Below are positions 37,679-48,867 of a DNA stretch of 64,000 nucleotides, in pieces. The stretch is taken from NCBI GenBank assembly GCA_030532065.1, contig JAUNLW010000006.1:670-64669 (forward strand), in the 5' to 3' direction. Source of the DNA: Eubacteriales bacterium (GTDB lineage Bacteria > Bacillota > Clostridia > Saccharofermentanales > DTU023). Below the pieces are notes generated by a model. It searched no databases. It saw only the letters and a list, made by a program, of their open reading frames with translations, and was not told the origin of the DNA. Within the stretch, counting starts at the first letter, position 1. Each line of letters opens with the position of its first letter. Made by a program: the position numbers and the translations under genes.

Positions 37679-39985
37679 TCAATCCTGGTTAAAACCCTCA
37701 TCGTCCTCCTCCGGCTGAGGCGCGGTAGGAGCATAGATGGGGCCTTCTTCCTCGTCTTCATCTCTGTTGCCTTTCTTGCGATTCTTACTGTTGTGTTCCT
37801 CGCAAACCTTATCTGGGTTGGCGGGCGAACCTTCTATCAGGAGAACGTTGCGGGTCTCAGGACAGAACTCATTGGCAATATCGTGGGTTTCAGAGCAGAT
37901 AGTCATGTTAATAACACCGTCGGGACGGGCGAAGTCCGCAGGTGTTAGATTCTCATGCAAAGCCTGCATGGACTCTCTCCAGATATGGCAGGCGTTAAAG
38001 CCGTCTTCAATGGGAATGCTGATATTACGGCCATTGGCGTTGGCATAGCCGTACCAGACTGCCGCTGTGTAGTAAGGGGTATAACCACAGAACCACACAT
38101 CACGGAAGAACTCAGTCGTACCGGTCTTACCAGCAGCAATCGTATTGGTTGGCTTGGCGTCATTCCAGGGGGCCTCAGCAATGGGCTTGAGCATGCTGGT
38201 CATGACATAGGTAGTGGCCGGGTTATATACCTGGTAAGACTCGCGCTGGCTGTTATCCAAGAGCACGGTTCCGTCTTGGTTGAGTACTCGTAAGTAGGTT
38301 GTGGGCTCATGGTAGACACCCTGATTAGCCAGGACAGAATACGCCTCAGTCATTTCCCAGGTAGACATACCGGTCTCAAAGCCGCCGAGCGCCGTGGCTA
38401 CGTAAGTCTCATCGGTGCGGTCAATACCGCAGTCTTTAAGATAAGCCAGACCAACTTCCGGTCCAAGACGATTAGCGTAGATATCAGCCGCAATCGTGTT
38501 AAGTGACATGAGCAGGGCACGCTCCAGGGTTACTTCGCCTTCGTATGTACGTGAATAGTTGAGTGGGTAAGGCTTAGTGGGATCGTTGGGGTTGAGGTAT
38601 TTGGGTTCGTCCATTAGGTAACTGGCCTGACTGATTGCGCCAACTTCCAAGGCTGGTGTATAAACAACCAGTGGTTTGATAGAAGAGCCTGGTTGCCGCT
38701 TGGCGTCTGTAGCCAGGTTAAAGATAAGGTTGCTCTTTTTCTTGCCGTAGCCGCCAACCAAAGCCCTGATCAAGCCTTCGTTACCGGGCAGATTATCCAT
38801 GACCGTGATGGCTGCCTGTGGATGCTCTGGCGTGTTTGGCAGCACAGCAGGGTTAGTAATAAAGAGTGACTCATCCTGGAATACGCGCTCCAGCTTGGCC
38901 TGAGCCTCGCTGTCCATGGTGGTCTCGATAGTCAAACCATAGTTATAGACGGCCATGGCAGCTAATTCTGGTGTATAGCCGCGCTTATTGATCAGGTCTT
39001 CCTGTACTTCCTTCAGTGTGGCTTCTACAAACCAGTTGAGGATGTTTTCCTCGCCCCGGTCTTGCATCGAGAAGTCAAAGACGATTTCCTGATTGAGTGC
39101 CTTATCGTAGTCTTCCAGTTTGATAAAACCGTTTTCCAACATTGTTCCCAGAACCAGGCGCATACGGCGTAGACAGTTACGACGACCGTACTCGGTCATG
39201 GGATTGTAAGTCGCGGGCCGGTTGGGAATACCAGCCAACAGGGCACATTCTGCCAGGCTCAAATCTTTAACATTCTTGTTGAAATAAGCTTTGGAAGCGG
39301 CTTGGACACCTTGATAGTTATTAGCCATGGGAACCAGATTGAGATAAAGTTCCATGATGGCTTCTTTAGACATGGATTTTTCCAGCTCCACCGCGCTGTA
39401 CCATTCCTGGATTTTGCGCTGAGCGGAAATATCGTCTTTACCGGTGATCATCTTGATGGTCTGTTGAGTAATGGTTGAACCGCCGTGCGTAGGATTACCA
39501 CCATTCATAACTGCGGAGAGGACAGCAGAAAAGATACGCCGCATGTCTATGCCGGGGTGGCTGTAGAAACGTTCATCCTCAATGGCGATAAAAGCATCGT
39601 CAATATATGAGCCTTTGATCTCGTTGTAGGATACGAATTCGGTGTTACTGCCAGCGCTCTTTAACGTAGTTATCAACTGACCGTCTTTATCTAAAATACG
39701 CGTTTCTTCTCGGGTAAGGTTAGACTGGATATTACCGATCTCAACTGCCTGAGCAGTGGAGATATAGCCGGAAAGCATACCGGAGCCCAGGCCGACAAAG
39801 GCTATGCCGGCAATGAGAATAAGAACAAATACGATTTTAAACGCCTGGCCCAGTGTCATCCCCACAAAGCGAATAAAGCTCGGCCGACTACTGTCCGAGC
39901 TGGGCTTGGGTCGAATCCGATTGAGCAGCTTCTTACGTTGTTTGCTGTTCTTATTGCGGGGTTGCTTGCTACTTGATTGAGACAA
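37679..39985 (-). CDS. Class A penicillin-binding protein (PBP1A family)
   Basis: EDERF, GGSTITQQ, RKIQE transglycosylase motifs; SSIK, SLN, KTG transpeptidase motifs. Confidence 0.93.
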   Translation of the reverse strand: MSQSSSKQPRNKNSKQRKKLLNRIRPKPSSDSSRPSFIRFVGMTLGQAFKIVFVLILIAGIAFVGLGSGMLSGYISTAQAVEIGNIQSNLTREETRILDKDGQLITTLKSAGSNTEFVSYNEIKGSYIDDAFIAIEDERFYSHPGIDMRRIFSAVLSAVMNGGNPTHGGSTITQQTIKMITGKDDISAQRKIQEWYSAVELEKSMSKEAIMELYLNLVPMANNYQGVQAASKAYFNKNVKDLSLAECALLAGIPNRPATYNPMTEYGRRNCLRRMRLVLGTMLENGFIKLEDYDKALNQEIVFDFSMQDRGEENILNWFVEATLKEVQEDLINKRGYTPELAAMAVYNYGLTIETTMDSEAQAKLERVFQDESLFITNPAVLPNTPEHPQAAITVMDNLPGNEGLIRALVGGYGKKKSNLIFNLATDAKRQPGSSIKPLVVYTPALEVGAISQASYLMDEPKYLNPNDPTKPYPLNYSRTYEGEVTLERALLMSLNTIAADIYANRLGPEVGLAYLKDCGIDRTDETYVATALGGFETGMSTWEMTEAYSVLANQGVYHEPTTYLRVLNQDGTVLLDNSQRESYQVYNPATTYVMTSMLKPIAEAPWNDAKPTNTIAAGKTGTTEFFRDVWFCGYTPYYTAAVWYGYANANGRNISIPIEDGFNACHIWRESMQALHENLTPADFARPDGVINMTICSETHDIANEFCPETRNVLLIEGSPANPDKVCEEHNSKNRKKGNRDEDEEEGPIYAPTAPQPEEDDEGFNQD

Positions 39986-40102
39986 AATACCTCCCTCGGC
40001 AAGTTGAGTAATAAAAATCGCGCCCGGAAACTACAACAAGTCTTAGGCTTGCTTAGCCGGACGCTTGATCACTAGTTCCCGACCAAAGCCGGGCTTGCCG
40101 TA

Positions 40103-40756
40103 TTATTGTTGATTAAACTCCTCTGCGCTCAAAATATTTGCGACATGGACATTGACCTTCTTAAGATTCAGGCCGGTCATAGCCGTGATCTGTTTGGACA
40201 ATTCTTCCTTGAGTTCTTCGAAAATCTGAGGAGCGGATCTTCCGTACTCAATGACAATGTTAAGATCAATACTTACATCGTCGTTATCGTCAACATGAAT
40301 GACGATGCCATTTGAAGGTTTAAGGCTGAAAAAGCCGCTGCTGGAACTACCCAGGGCCACGCCATCGATGCTGTCGATAACTAAAAGGGCAATCTTTTCG
40401 ATAACTTTCTCGTCAAAGGAAAGACTGCTTTCGGTCATGGGATTAGCTACGGTAAGCCTGTGCTCCGCAGATTCTTCAACCACCTTCTCATCATCAAAAA
40501 TGGTGGCGCCGGCTTCTTCTTCCTCAGCGGCGAACGATTCGGCTTCAGTGCTTGCCGGCTCGGCTTCATCTTGGTCTTCTGATTCTTCAAGCACAAAAGC
40601 GGTTTCCTCAGGAGTAGTGGCAATATCGCTTGTCTCGTGTACTTCAGCTTCTACGCTTTCTTCAGCCACGTCAGCTTCCTTAGCGTCTAGGGTAGCCTCA
40701 ACAGCTTCAGCGTCAGTTGCTTCGTGGGAATCTTGTTTGCCTTTGAATATACTCAT
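40103..40756 (-). CDS. Asp23/Gls24 family envelope stress protein with acidic N-terminal extension
   Basis: VIEKIA, IEYG, MTGLNLKKVNVHV. Confidence 0.85.
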   Translation of the reverse strand: MSIFKGKQDSHEATDAEAVEATLDAKEADVAEESVEAEVHETSDIATTPEETAFVLEESEDQDEAEPASTEAESFAAEEEEAGATIFDDEKVVEESAEHRLTVANPMTESSLSFDEKVIEKIALLVIDSIDGVALGSSSSGFFSLKPSNGIVIHVDDNDDVSIDLNIVIEYGRSAPQIFEELKEELSKQITAMTGLNLKKVNVHVANILSAEEFNQQ

Positions 40757-41068
40757 AGCAGGTGCCCCCTTTATCTGTAATATTTACTCAATTTTAGCAC
40801 ATGCACTGAACCTTGGGGATATCTTACTTATAATCCGCTTAGGAAGGCTAAGGTGCCACCTGCCGGCGCTAGCATTGACTAAAAACGACAATTGATGCAG
40901 AATGCTTACAAATGTTAGAAACTCTTAATCGAAATTTTGCCGAGGCAGTTTACACTTATCTTTGACTAAATAGGCACAAATTTTTAGCCGGTATGCATTT
41001 TGCTATAAGCCAAAAGCCGACCGGCTCGCTTTGGGCACTTTCAGTTGCCTGTTTTAGGAGGAATACAA

Positions 41069-43048
41069 ATGGGAATAAAAATAAAATCTATATTGGGACT
41101 GGTGGTTTTGCTGGCCTTAAGTATATTAGTTGCCGGCTGGGCTTATCCCGCGAATGCCGAAGAAATCTCAGATACGAATACAGATACAGCTATTGCTACT
41201 GGCAATCTTAGTCCTTTAGATATTTCTGGCCTGGCTTACTACGAGCAGGCTCGCAGCTTGATCAGTAAAGTCAATGAGTTAAGAGCCAGCTTAGACCTTG
41301 AACCTCTGGTCTACAACTTGCAACTGGAGGATCTGGCTTTCCTCCGCGCGGCGGAAACTTCCATTTACTGGGATCACCAACGTCCTGATGGTAGCTATCT
41401 TATTGAAACCAATCCGGACGTGAACGCGGAGAATATTGCTGGAGGTCTGGCGGATGCCGACCAGGTTTTTGCTAACTGGCTTCATTCCGAAGGCCATTAT
41501 GAAAATATGGTCAATCCGGAATTAAAGAGCATCGGCATTGCTGCCTACAGCAGCCTGCACGGCGAAGCTCCTCGCTGGTGGGCACAAGTATTCTCCACCA
41601 CTCTGCCGGAAAATACCATGCCAGAACGCCAGGATCGCACTGTAATCAGCCACCGAATCAAGCTGGACAGCAGCCTTTTACGCCTGCATATTTTGACCGG
41701 TAGTCAGATCAGCGCTGGCATCCTGCCGGAGAACATGGGGCAGGAGGAATCCATTCGCCTGCCGCTTGGTGCTTCCAAGCAGTTTTACGCCATGGCCCAC
41801 TATGATCTGGAAGATGTTTATTCCTGGCCAGGCAGCTTAGCCACAGACGAGCTCAATTGGCAAGTAGCCGATCCCTCAATTGCGGAGGTTACGCCTAATG
41901 GTGAGCTAAAAGCGCTCTCTGCCGGTACTACCACGTTGCGGGTAAGCCATAAGGAATTAGCAGGCTTAGAGACAGAGATCGGCTTGTCTGTTGTTCCTAC
42001 TTATAACTTTGCCCTTCTGGGCCGTTTTGCTTCCGAAAAGACAACGGCTTTAGCGGAAATTGCCAAACAGGCCTATTTGAGCCTGCCGTCAGTAGATAGC
42101 TATGTAGGTGAGAGCACGGCCGAAGCCAATGCTGTCAAGGAACAAAACTATCGCTTCTACGATGAGGTACAGGTTGACAGCAATTTGCAGCGCCTGGCTT
42201 ATGCTCTAGCCAAACAGTATAGTCTCTTTATGTATGCTGACAGCATGGATAGCCTGCCCCAACTGGAACAGATCCTGGACAGCCTGCCGGCCGGAGCACG
42301 TGTTTCCTGGCATGCCTTTTCTAATCTTGATAACCTTCAGGATCAGACGGTTAAGGTACCTGGTTGGGCTAAATCCGTGGGTGTGGTAGTTCTGGAAAGT
42401 GGCGGCTGCGACATCAGCATTCTGCTTTACAGCAACCAGCCGGCAGATGGTCAAAGCTTAAGCTACAGAGACCTGGTTCCTCTGGAAGAGCAAAAAGATC
42501 CGGAAACAGGAAGTATTGCTTATCAGGTCAGCCTTTTTGTTGACCGAGCCGATATCAGCCTCTATTTCTTAGACCAGGGTAATATCGCGGCTCAGGTAGA
42601 TGTTTATGACCCCTTGGACTATCGCTTTACGCAAAACGAGCATGGACAGTTGATTTATCAGCCGAGCTTGCTCTTACAAAGAGATGAATATGGCCCTTAT
42701 CCTCCGGTAAATCCTGACCTGCGTTACGCGCAGTTTGCTCTTGATAATCCGGAAGTTGCCTCCTTTACCGAAGATGGTAAGATTCTGATCCGTGCTCAAG
42801 GCAGCTTTACCTTACGGGTAGACCTGGTGGATCCTCTGACCAACAACTCCATCTGTCAGGCACAACTCCTGATTAATAACTATGTGCCTATTCCTGAGAG
42901 CGAACTGCCCATCGCGACTGCCGCGCCGATTGTAGAGAGCGAGCCATCTGAGGATGGGTTGAGCGAAGGAGCAGAGGACAGTCAAGACTTGACTGCAGAA
43001 GATCTGCTGGGTGTAGAGCCTACGGCTACTACAGAGCCAACTGAATAA
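41069..43048 (+). CDS. Secreted CAP (SCP) domain protein with Ig-like (Big_2-like) repeat
   Basis: Signal peptide; VNELR, HQRPDG, ENIA, WLHSEGHYENM; WQVADPSIAEVTPNGELKALSAGTTT. Confidence 0.8.
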   Translation: MGIKIKSILGLVVLLALSILVAGWAYPANAEEISDTNTDTAIATGNLSPLDISGLAYYEQARSLISKVNELRASLDLEPLVYNLQLEDLAFLRAAETSIYWDHQRPDGSYLIETNPDVNAENIAGGLADADQVFANWLHSEGHYENMVNPELKSIGIAAYSSLHGEAPRWWAQVFSTTLPENTMPERQDRTVISHRIKLDSSLLRLHILTGSQISAGILPENMGQEESIRLPLGASKQFYAMAHYDLEDVYSWPGSLATDELNWQVADPSIAEVTPNGELKALSAGTTTLRVSHKELAGLETEIGLSVVPTYNFALLGRFASEKTTALAEIAKQAYLSLPSVDSYVGESTAEANAVKEQNYRFYDEVQVDSNLQRLAYALAKQYSLFMYADSMDSLPQLEQILDSLPAGARVSWHAFSNLDNLQDQTVKVPGWAKSVGVVVLESGGCDISILLYSNQPADGQSLSYRDLVPLEEQKDPETGSIAYQVSLFVDRADISLYFLDQGNIAAQVDVYDPLDYRFTQNEHGQLIYQPSLLLQRDEYGPYPPVNPDLRYAQFALDNPEVASFTEDGKILIRAQGSFTLRVDLVDPLTNNSICQAQLLINNYVPIPESELPIATAAPIVESEPSEDGLSEGAEDSQDLTAEDLLGVEPTATTEPTE

Positions 43049-43073
43049 AGTTTTACTAAATAAGTTAAGCAAT

Positions 43074-43110
43074 AAAATAGCCCGCCACTTGTATAGTGAC
43101 GGGCTATTTT
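43074..43110. terminator. Bidirectional intrinsic terminator
   Basis: AAAATAGCCCG...CGGGCTATTTTT. Confidence 0.85.
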
Positions 43111-43139
43111 TCTAGACAGTATTGTTAGGAGCGAGAAGC

Positions 43140-44618
43140 TTATTGAGCCGTTTTGTTGAGGCTGGCTTCCATTTTCTCTCTAATCCCTTCCTGATGTTCT
43201 TCCATCTTTTCTTTCATCTCAGATCTCTTGGCAGGATCGCCGTGACCGTACTTGCTGTATTCTTCCCACAGTTCGTCTGCGGTGTCGCTCCATTGAGCGG
43301 CGTAAGGCGCAGTCTTCTTGTAAAGATCTTCCGGCATCTCTTCTGCGATGTAGTCAGTTGACTTGGCATGAGAGTTTTTGACGATATTGGGCAGGAGATC
43401 GGGATTCTCTAACATGGGGCAGGGTTTGAAGTGGTTTTTGTTCCAAGGCTCTTCGTGGTAGTAAGCCATCATGAGCGGTTCCTTCATACCTTCCAGGATA
43501 GATTTGTCACGGATGTTGGAGTTGGAGTAGTGGATAAATACACAAGGCTCCAGATCGCCCTTAGCGTTGATGTGGATATAGCTACGTCCACCGGCGATGC
43601 AGCCGCCAACGAATTGACCGTCGTTTTGGAAGTCCGCCAGCATCAGGTCGATGTCGGCTTCATTGGTTCTCAGATAACGGATGCGCTCAATCATGTACTT
43701 ACGCTGGTCAGCGGTAAGCAGGAGCTCAGGCACAGCACCTTGGCCGATGGGCATGTAGTGGAAGTACCAGACGTGGAAGCAGCCAAGGTCTACCAGCTGC
43801 CGCAGGAAAGTGTCGGAGGTGACGGTCTCGTAGTTGGCGCTGGTATAGCAAATAGAAGCGGCAAAACCGATGCGGTTGCGCTTCATGAGATTCATAGATT
43901 CTACGATGTGCTGATAAGCGCCTTCACCACGACGGGCGTCGTTCTGATCCTCGAAGCCTTCAATGGAAACAGCAAAAGTAATATTGCCGACGCGACGAAC
44001 TTCAGCGCAGAAAGCATCATCGATCAGAGTAGCGTTGGTAAAGATGTGGAAGGCGGAGTTGGGGAACTTATCGGCTAAGCGAATAATATCATCCTTACGA
44101 ACCAGTGGCTCACCACCGGTCATAAAGTAGAGGTGGCAACCCATCTCTTCGCCCTGGCGTACGATATCTTCCATTTCTTCATAGGACAGGTTCCACTTAT
44201 GGCCATACTCTGCGGACCAGCAACCCTTGCAGTGCAGGTTGCAAGCAGTAGTGGGATCGAAGAGGATAATATTGGGAATATTGCAGTGATGTTTTTTGAT
44301 CATCTTACGCTTAGTGCGGATTCCCGCGATACTGGCGTAATAGACTATGTTCATTAAGTTTCTATCAAGAATGTGCTCGTCCACATCTCTGAAGGCGCGA
44401 CGAATAATCCTCAGCCAGCGGTTGTTGGGATCCGACAGACTCTCTCTAATACCGTCCCAGCCCTCCTTACTGTATAGATCACCGGTGACTTTCTCAGCGG
44501 CATTAACCATGCTGATGATGCCTTCGGTTGACTGTTCAGAATTCTGAACAGTGGATACGAGCTTCTTATACAAAGCTTTGAAGGTGGTAACTTCCAGAGA
44601 TTCTCTGATACTTGCCAT
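43140..44618 (-). CDS. Radical SAM protein with C-terminal Cys-containing (SPASM/twitch-like) region
   Basis: CNLHCKGC, TGGEP, GCIAGG...EPCVF...CPM. Confidence 0.88.
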   Translation of the reverse strand: MASIRESLEVTTFKALYKKLVSTVQNSEQSTEGIISMVNAAEKVTGDLYSKEGWDGIRESLSDPNNRWLRIIRRAFRDVDEHILDRNLMNIVYYASIAGIRTKRKMIKKHHCNIPNIILFDPTTACNLHCKGCWSAEYGHKWNLSYEEMEDIVRQGEEMGCHLYFMTGGEPLVRKDDIIRLADKFPNSAFHIFTNATLIDDAFCAEVRRVGNITFAVSIEGFEDQNDARRGEGAYQHIVESMNLMKRNRIGFAASICYTSANYETVTSDTFLRQLVDLGCFHVWYFHYMPIGQGAVPELLLTADQRKYMIERIRYLRTNEADIDLMLADFQNDGQFVGGCIAGGRSYIHINAKGDLEPCVFIHYSNSNIRDKSILEGMKEPLMMAYYHEEPWNKNHFKPCPMLENPDLLPNIVKNSHAKSTDYIAEEMPEDLYKKTAPYAAQWSDTADELWEEYSKYGHGDPAKRSEMKEKMEEHQEGIREKMEASLNKTAQ

Positions 44619-45122
44619 GTTCTATTAGGTTCAGCGACTGCTAAGCCTACTCCTTTCTCTCGATAGGGCAAGCAAAATGCTGCCCAAGATAACGTTAGGT
44701 TTGCCCTTAACAGGTTGGCATTCGCTTTAGGTAGAGAAACGGCTTACATAAACTACAAAAAGCTTCTTATAATTTTAGTTAAAGGGGCAGAGGGTGTCAA
44801 GCTAGTTGTTTGTAAATAACAAGCAAAAGCTAAAATTTTAAGCGGCGAATTAAATAAGTTGCTTAGAAATCTTCCGTAAATGTGTAAATTTTTTACGTTC
44901 TAAACAGAACTTGCTGAATAAAATCCAGGCGTTGAATAAACAAAAATATATGATTTCCAGATAAATTAGGGCTAAAAATGCCTAATTACCAGCTTATATC
45001 TCTAATCTTGACCACAATAAAGTCTATTAATACTGTGCCTGTGCTAAAATACAGTAATTGCTGGGCCAGTTTTTGGCGCGGCTGGCGCTTATGGTCAACA
45101 GCTTGGAGATGAGAGGTTAGCT

Positions 45123-46652
45123 ATGGATACAGACTATGTAGTGGAGATGCGGGGGATCAGTAAATTCTTCCCCGGCATTATCGCCAATAATCAGATTGAC
45201 TTCCAACTGCGAAAAGGCGAGATCCACGCCCTATTGGGTGAGAACGGAGCCGGAAAGAGTACACTTATGTCAATACTCTTCGGCAGCCTCAGGCCCGACG
45301 GTGGCGAGATCTATATAAAAGGTAAAAAAGAGCAGATCACGAGCCCCAACAAGGCTCACGACTTGGGCATCGGCATGGTCCATCAGCATTTCCAATTGAT
45401 CGATAATTTTACCGTTATGGAAAATATAATGCTGGGCAAGGAAATGACTAAAGGTCCTTTCCTGGATGCACAACAGGCTCGAGATAGGGTTATTGAGATC
45501 AGTAAGTTCTACGGCCTGAATGTAGACCCGGGCGCGAAGATCGAGGATATCACTGTAGGGATGCAGCAGAGAGTGGAGATTCTCAAAGTGCTCTACCGCG
45601 ACGCGGATATTATTATCTTGGACGAGCCAACTGCTGTGCTTACACCGCAGGAGATTGAAGAACTTATGCAGATCCTGCAAAACTTTGCCGCGGAAGGTAA
45701 GTCGGTCATCCTGATTACCCACAAGCTAAAAGAAATAATGCAGGTTGCTGACCGTGTGACTATTCTCCGTCAAGGCCAGCTAATCGATACTTTAGAGGTA
45801 GCAGATGCCAGCGAAGACCGCCTGGCTGCCCTCATGGTTGGTCGCGAAGTTTCCTTCGTGGTAGATAAAACCCCTGCGCAGCCGGAAGATATGGTGCTGG
45901 AAGTAAAAGATCTGTGGGTCAAGAATGCACGGGGACTGGATGCGGTAAAAGGCCTGTCTTTAAACTTGAGGGCAGGTGAGATCCTGGGCCTTGCGGGAGT
46001 AGACGGAAATGGCCAGGCAGAACTTTTAGATGCCATTGCCGGTTTAATCAAGATTGATTCCGGCCAGATTCTGCTTAAGGGGCAGGACGTCAGTCATTCC
46101 ACGGTGCGTGAACGCCGAGAGAAGGGCTTATCTTATATTCCTGCCGACCGTCAGAAGTTTGGCCAGGTAGCCAACTTCACCTTAGCGGACAATTACATCC
46201 TCAAAAATTATTACGAAGAACCTTTCTGCCGTCACGGTTTTCTCCAGCGTGATCCCATCCACCAACAAGCTGAGAGGTTGTGCGGAGAGTTTGATGTACG
46301 CTCCGGCCGCGGTATTTATTCGCAGGCTGGCCAGCTGTCAGGCGGTAATCAACAGAAAGCCATCATCGCGCGTGAGTTTTCTCTGAAGCCAGACTTGCTT
46401 TTGGCTTCGCAGCCTACCCGTGGCCTTGATGTTGGTGCTATAGAATATATCCATAAACGATTGGTCAGCTTGCGCGACCAGGGGAAAGCAATCTTGCTTT
46501 TAAGTTTCGAACTGGATGAGATCATGGGTCTCTCGGATCGTATCGCGGTCATGTATGACGGCCAGATCACAGGCTTTGTAGATCCCAGGGAGGTCAGCGA
46601 GGAAGACTTAGGTCTTCTCATGGCCGGTATCAAACAGAAAGGAGCCATCTAA
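45123..46652 (+). CDS. Nucleoside/sugar (CUT2) ABC transporter ATPase, two ABC domains
   Basis: GENGAGKSTL, MVHQHF, LSGGNQQK, QPTRGLD. Confidence 0.92.
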   Translation: MDTDYVVEMRGISKFFPGIIANNQIDFQLRKGEIHALLGENGAGKSTLMSILFGSLRPDGGEIYIKGKKEQITSPNKAHDLGIGMVHQHFQLIDNFTVMENIMLGKEMTKGPFLDAQQARDRVIEISKFYGLNVDPGAKIEDITVGMQQRVEILKVLYRDADIIILDEPTAVLTPQEIEELMQILQNFAAEGKSVILITHKLKEIMQVADRVTILRQGQLIDTLEVADASEDRLAALMVGREVSFVVDKTPAQPEDMVLEVKDLWVKNARGLDAVKGLSLNLRAGEILGLAGVDGNGQAELLDAIAGLIKIDSGQILLKGQDVSHSTVRERREKGLSYIPADRQKFGQVANFTLADNYILKNYYEEPFCRHGFLQRDPIHQQAERLCGEFDVRSGRGIYSQAGQLSGGNQQKAIIAREFSLKPDLLLASQPTRGLDVGAIEYIHKRLVSLRDQGKAILLLSFELDEIMGLSDRIAVMYDGQITGFVDPREVSEEDLGLLMAGIKQKGAI

Positions 46653-46654
46653 AG

Positions 46655-47833
46655 ATGAGCGATACTGACTTGATCAATATGCAAAAGAAGCGAGGCTTGC
46701 GGGAAAATGATAACCTGCGCCTCTTTCTTACTGCTCTCTTAGCCATAGCTCTTTCTTTGCTGGTGGCAGTTTTTGTTATGTGGGCTACCGGAGTGGAACC
46801 ACGTAACTTCTTTAAGGCTCTCTTAAGGACTTATACCGGACTGGACCCCGCGAAGGCCGGTACGGACCAGTTCTTCAGGCCTCGTTACCTGGGTGAGTTC
46901 CTGCAGATGTCTTTGCCCTTGATCTTGACCGGTCTGGCCCTGGGTTTTGGCCAGCAGTGCGGCCTCTTTAATATCGGAGCTGAGGGTCAGGTTATTGCCG
47001 GTATACTGGGCGCTAACCTGGTAGCAATCCTGATACCCATCCAAAATCGCTCGTTGGCAGTACTGGCCGTTATAGCGGCTGGTTTGTTCGGAGCGTTATG
47101 GGCCTTGATACCTGGTTTACTAAAGGCCTATATGGGAATTAGCGAAGTTGTTACAACGATCATGTTTAACTACATTATCTTCTATCTCAGTAACGCCGTG
47201 CTCAAGAGCCTACCGGGTTCTAACCCGCAACGTACTGTGGATCTGCCGGAAAACGCCATGCTTTCCAGTAACTGGCTGCGTGAAATTACCGGCAACTCCC
47301 GTCTGCATTGGGGCATTGTGGTCGTTGCGGCAGCCATTATCTGCTACAACCTGATCCTCAATCATACCAGCTTCGGTTATGAGATTAAGGCTTGCGGTTC
47401 TAACCGCGATGCCGCAGCCTATGCAGGTATTAAAGTTCGCAGCCGCATCGTCTACTCCATGATGATTTCCGGTCTCTTCGCCGGTCTGGCTGGCGCTTGT
47501 CTGGCTTTAGGTACTTTCCGCTATGGCCGTATCCTGCAAGGATTTGAAAACTATGGTTTCGACGGAATAGCCGTAGGATTGCTGGGTGGTACCAAAGGTG
47601 TGGGTATCCTCTTGGCAGGCCTGCTCATGGGCGGCTTGCGTAGTGGTCAGCCGCTTATGCAGGCGGAACGTGTGCCCCTGGAGATTGCTCAGATCGTCTC
47701 CGCCCTGATCGTACTCTTTGTTGCTATGCAAAAAGGTGTAGAGATCTTAGGTGATTACATGGCTAGAAAGCGCATGTCCGAAAAAATGGCGGAAAACAAG
47801 ACGGCCCAGGCTAGTGAAGAAGGAGGTAAGTAA
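46655..47833 (+). CDS. Nucleoside ABC transporter permease
   Basis: GLFNIGAEGQ, EVVTTIMFNY, GFDGIAV. Confidence 0.9.
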   Translation: MSDTDLINMQKKRGLRENDNLRLFLTALLAIALSLLVAVFVMWATGVEPRNFFKALLRTYTGLDPAKAGTDQFFRPRYLGEFLQMSLPLILTGLALGFGQQCGLFNIGAEGQVIAGILGANLVAILIPIQNRSLAVLAVIAAGLFGALWALIPGLLKAYMGISEVVTTIMFNYIIFYLSNAVLKSLPGSNPQRTVDLPENAMLSSNWLREITGNSRLHWGIVVVAAAIICYNLILNHTSFGYEIKACGSNRDAAAYAGIKVRSRIVYSMMISGLFAGLAGACLALGTFRYGRILQGFENYGFDGIAVGLLGGTKGVGILLAGLLMGGLRSGQPLMQAERVPLEIAQIVSALIVLFVAMQKGVEILGDYMARKRMSEKMAENKTAQASEEGGK

Positions 47834-48781
47834 ATGGATCTCTTCATTTCCATGTTTGTCTTAGCCCTTATTTATTCCACTCCTATTATTATTGCCTCGC
47901 TGGGAGCCCTTTTCTCCGAGCGCTCCGGTGTAGTCAATATTGCTATTGAGGGCATCATGACCATTGGTGGCTTTGTAGCCGCTACTGTGATCGTCTTCAC
48001 TCAGGATAGCCTAGGCAATTTCTCTCCCTGGCTCTCGGTATTACTGGCCGGTGTGGCGGGCACGGTTTTCTCTCTGATCCATGCCGTTATCTCCATTGAT
48101 CTGCAGGGCGACCAGACTATTTCCGGTACTGCTCTCAATATGCTGGCCCCAGCTCTGGGTATTTACCTTTGCCAGATTATCTTTAACCAACAACGTACGG
48201 AAATCTTCCGCCGCGGTTTTGTAAAAGTTTCCGTACCTGGACTGAGTGAGATCCCGGTATTAGGCGACCTTTTATTTAAACAAATTTATCCAACCTTTTA
48301 TCTGGCGGTCTTCCTGGTAATCTTCAGCTATGTTTTACTCTGGAAAACTCCTTTTGGCTTACGTCTAAGAGCCGCCGGTGAGCATCCCTCAGCAGTAGAT
48401 AGCCTGGGCATAAGTGTACGTAAGCTGCGTTATACCGGCGTCCTGATTTCTGGCTTCCTTGGTGGTTTAGCGGGCGGCATCATGGTTTTGACCCAGTCAA
48501 CTCAGTTCACCGCGACCTCTATCCACGGTATGGGCTTTATCGCCATCGCGGCCTTGATCTTCGGACGTTGGAATCCCTGGGGTGTGTTGGGGGCCGGTTT
48601 TTTCTTCGGTTTCTCTCAGATCTTTGGAATCTACTCCCGCGATATTCCACTTTTGGCCAACATCCCGAAAGAAGTATTCCAGGCCTTGCCTTATGCGTTG
48701 ACAGTTATTGCTCTGCTCTTCTTCAGCGGCAAAGACGCGGCGCCTAAGTCTGTAGGTATTCCTTACAAAGCAGGTCAGTAG
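47834..48781 (+). CDS. Nucleoside ABC transporter permease
   Basis: SERSGVVNIAIEG, GLRLRAAGEHP, GFIAIAALIFGRWNP. Confidence 0.9.
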   Translation: MDLFISMFVLALIYSTPIIIASLGALFSERSGVVNIAIEGIMTIGGFVAATVIVFTQDSLGNFSPWLSVLLAGVAGTVFSLIHAVISIDLQGDQTISGTALNMLAPALGIYLCQIIFNQQRTEIFRRGFVKVSVPGLSEIPVLGDLLFKQIYPTFYLAVFLVIFSYVLLWKTPFGLRLRAAGEHPSAVDSLGISVRKLRYTGVLISGFLGGLAGGIMVLTQSTQFTATSIHGMGFIAIAALIFGRWNPWGVLGAGFFFGFSQIFGIYSRDIPLLANIPKEVFQALPYALTVIALLFFSGKDAAPKSVGIPYKAGQ

Positions 48782-48867
48782 GGGTTAGCCTTTGGGCTAC
48801 CCTTACTTGACTTTTTTTAAAACAACTGTATTATGGTTACTATAACGGATAAAAAAGGAAAGCACAT

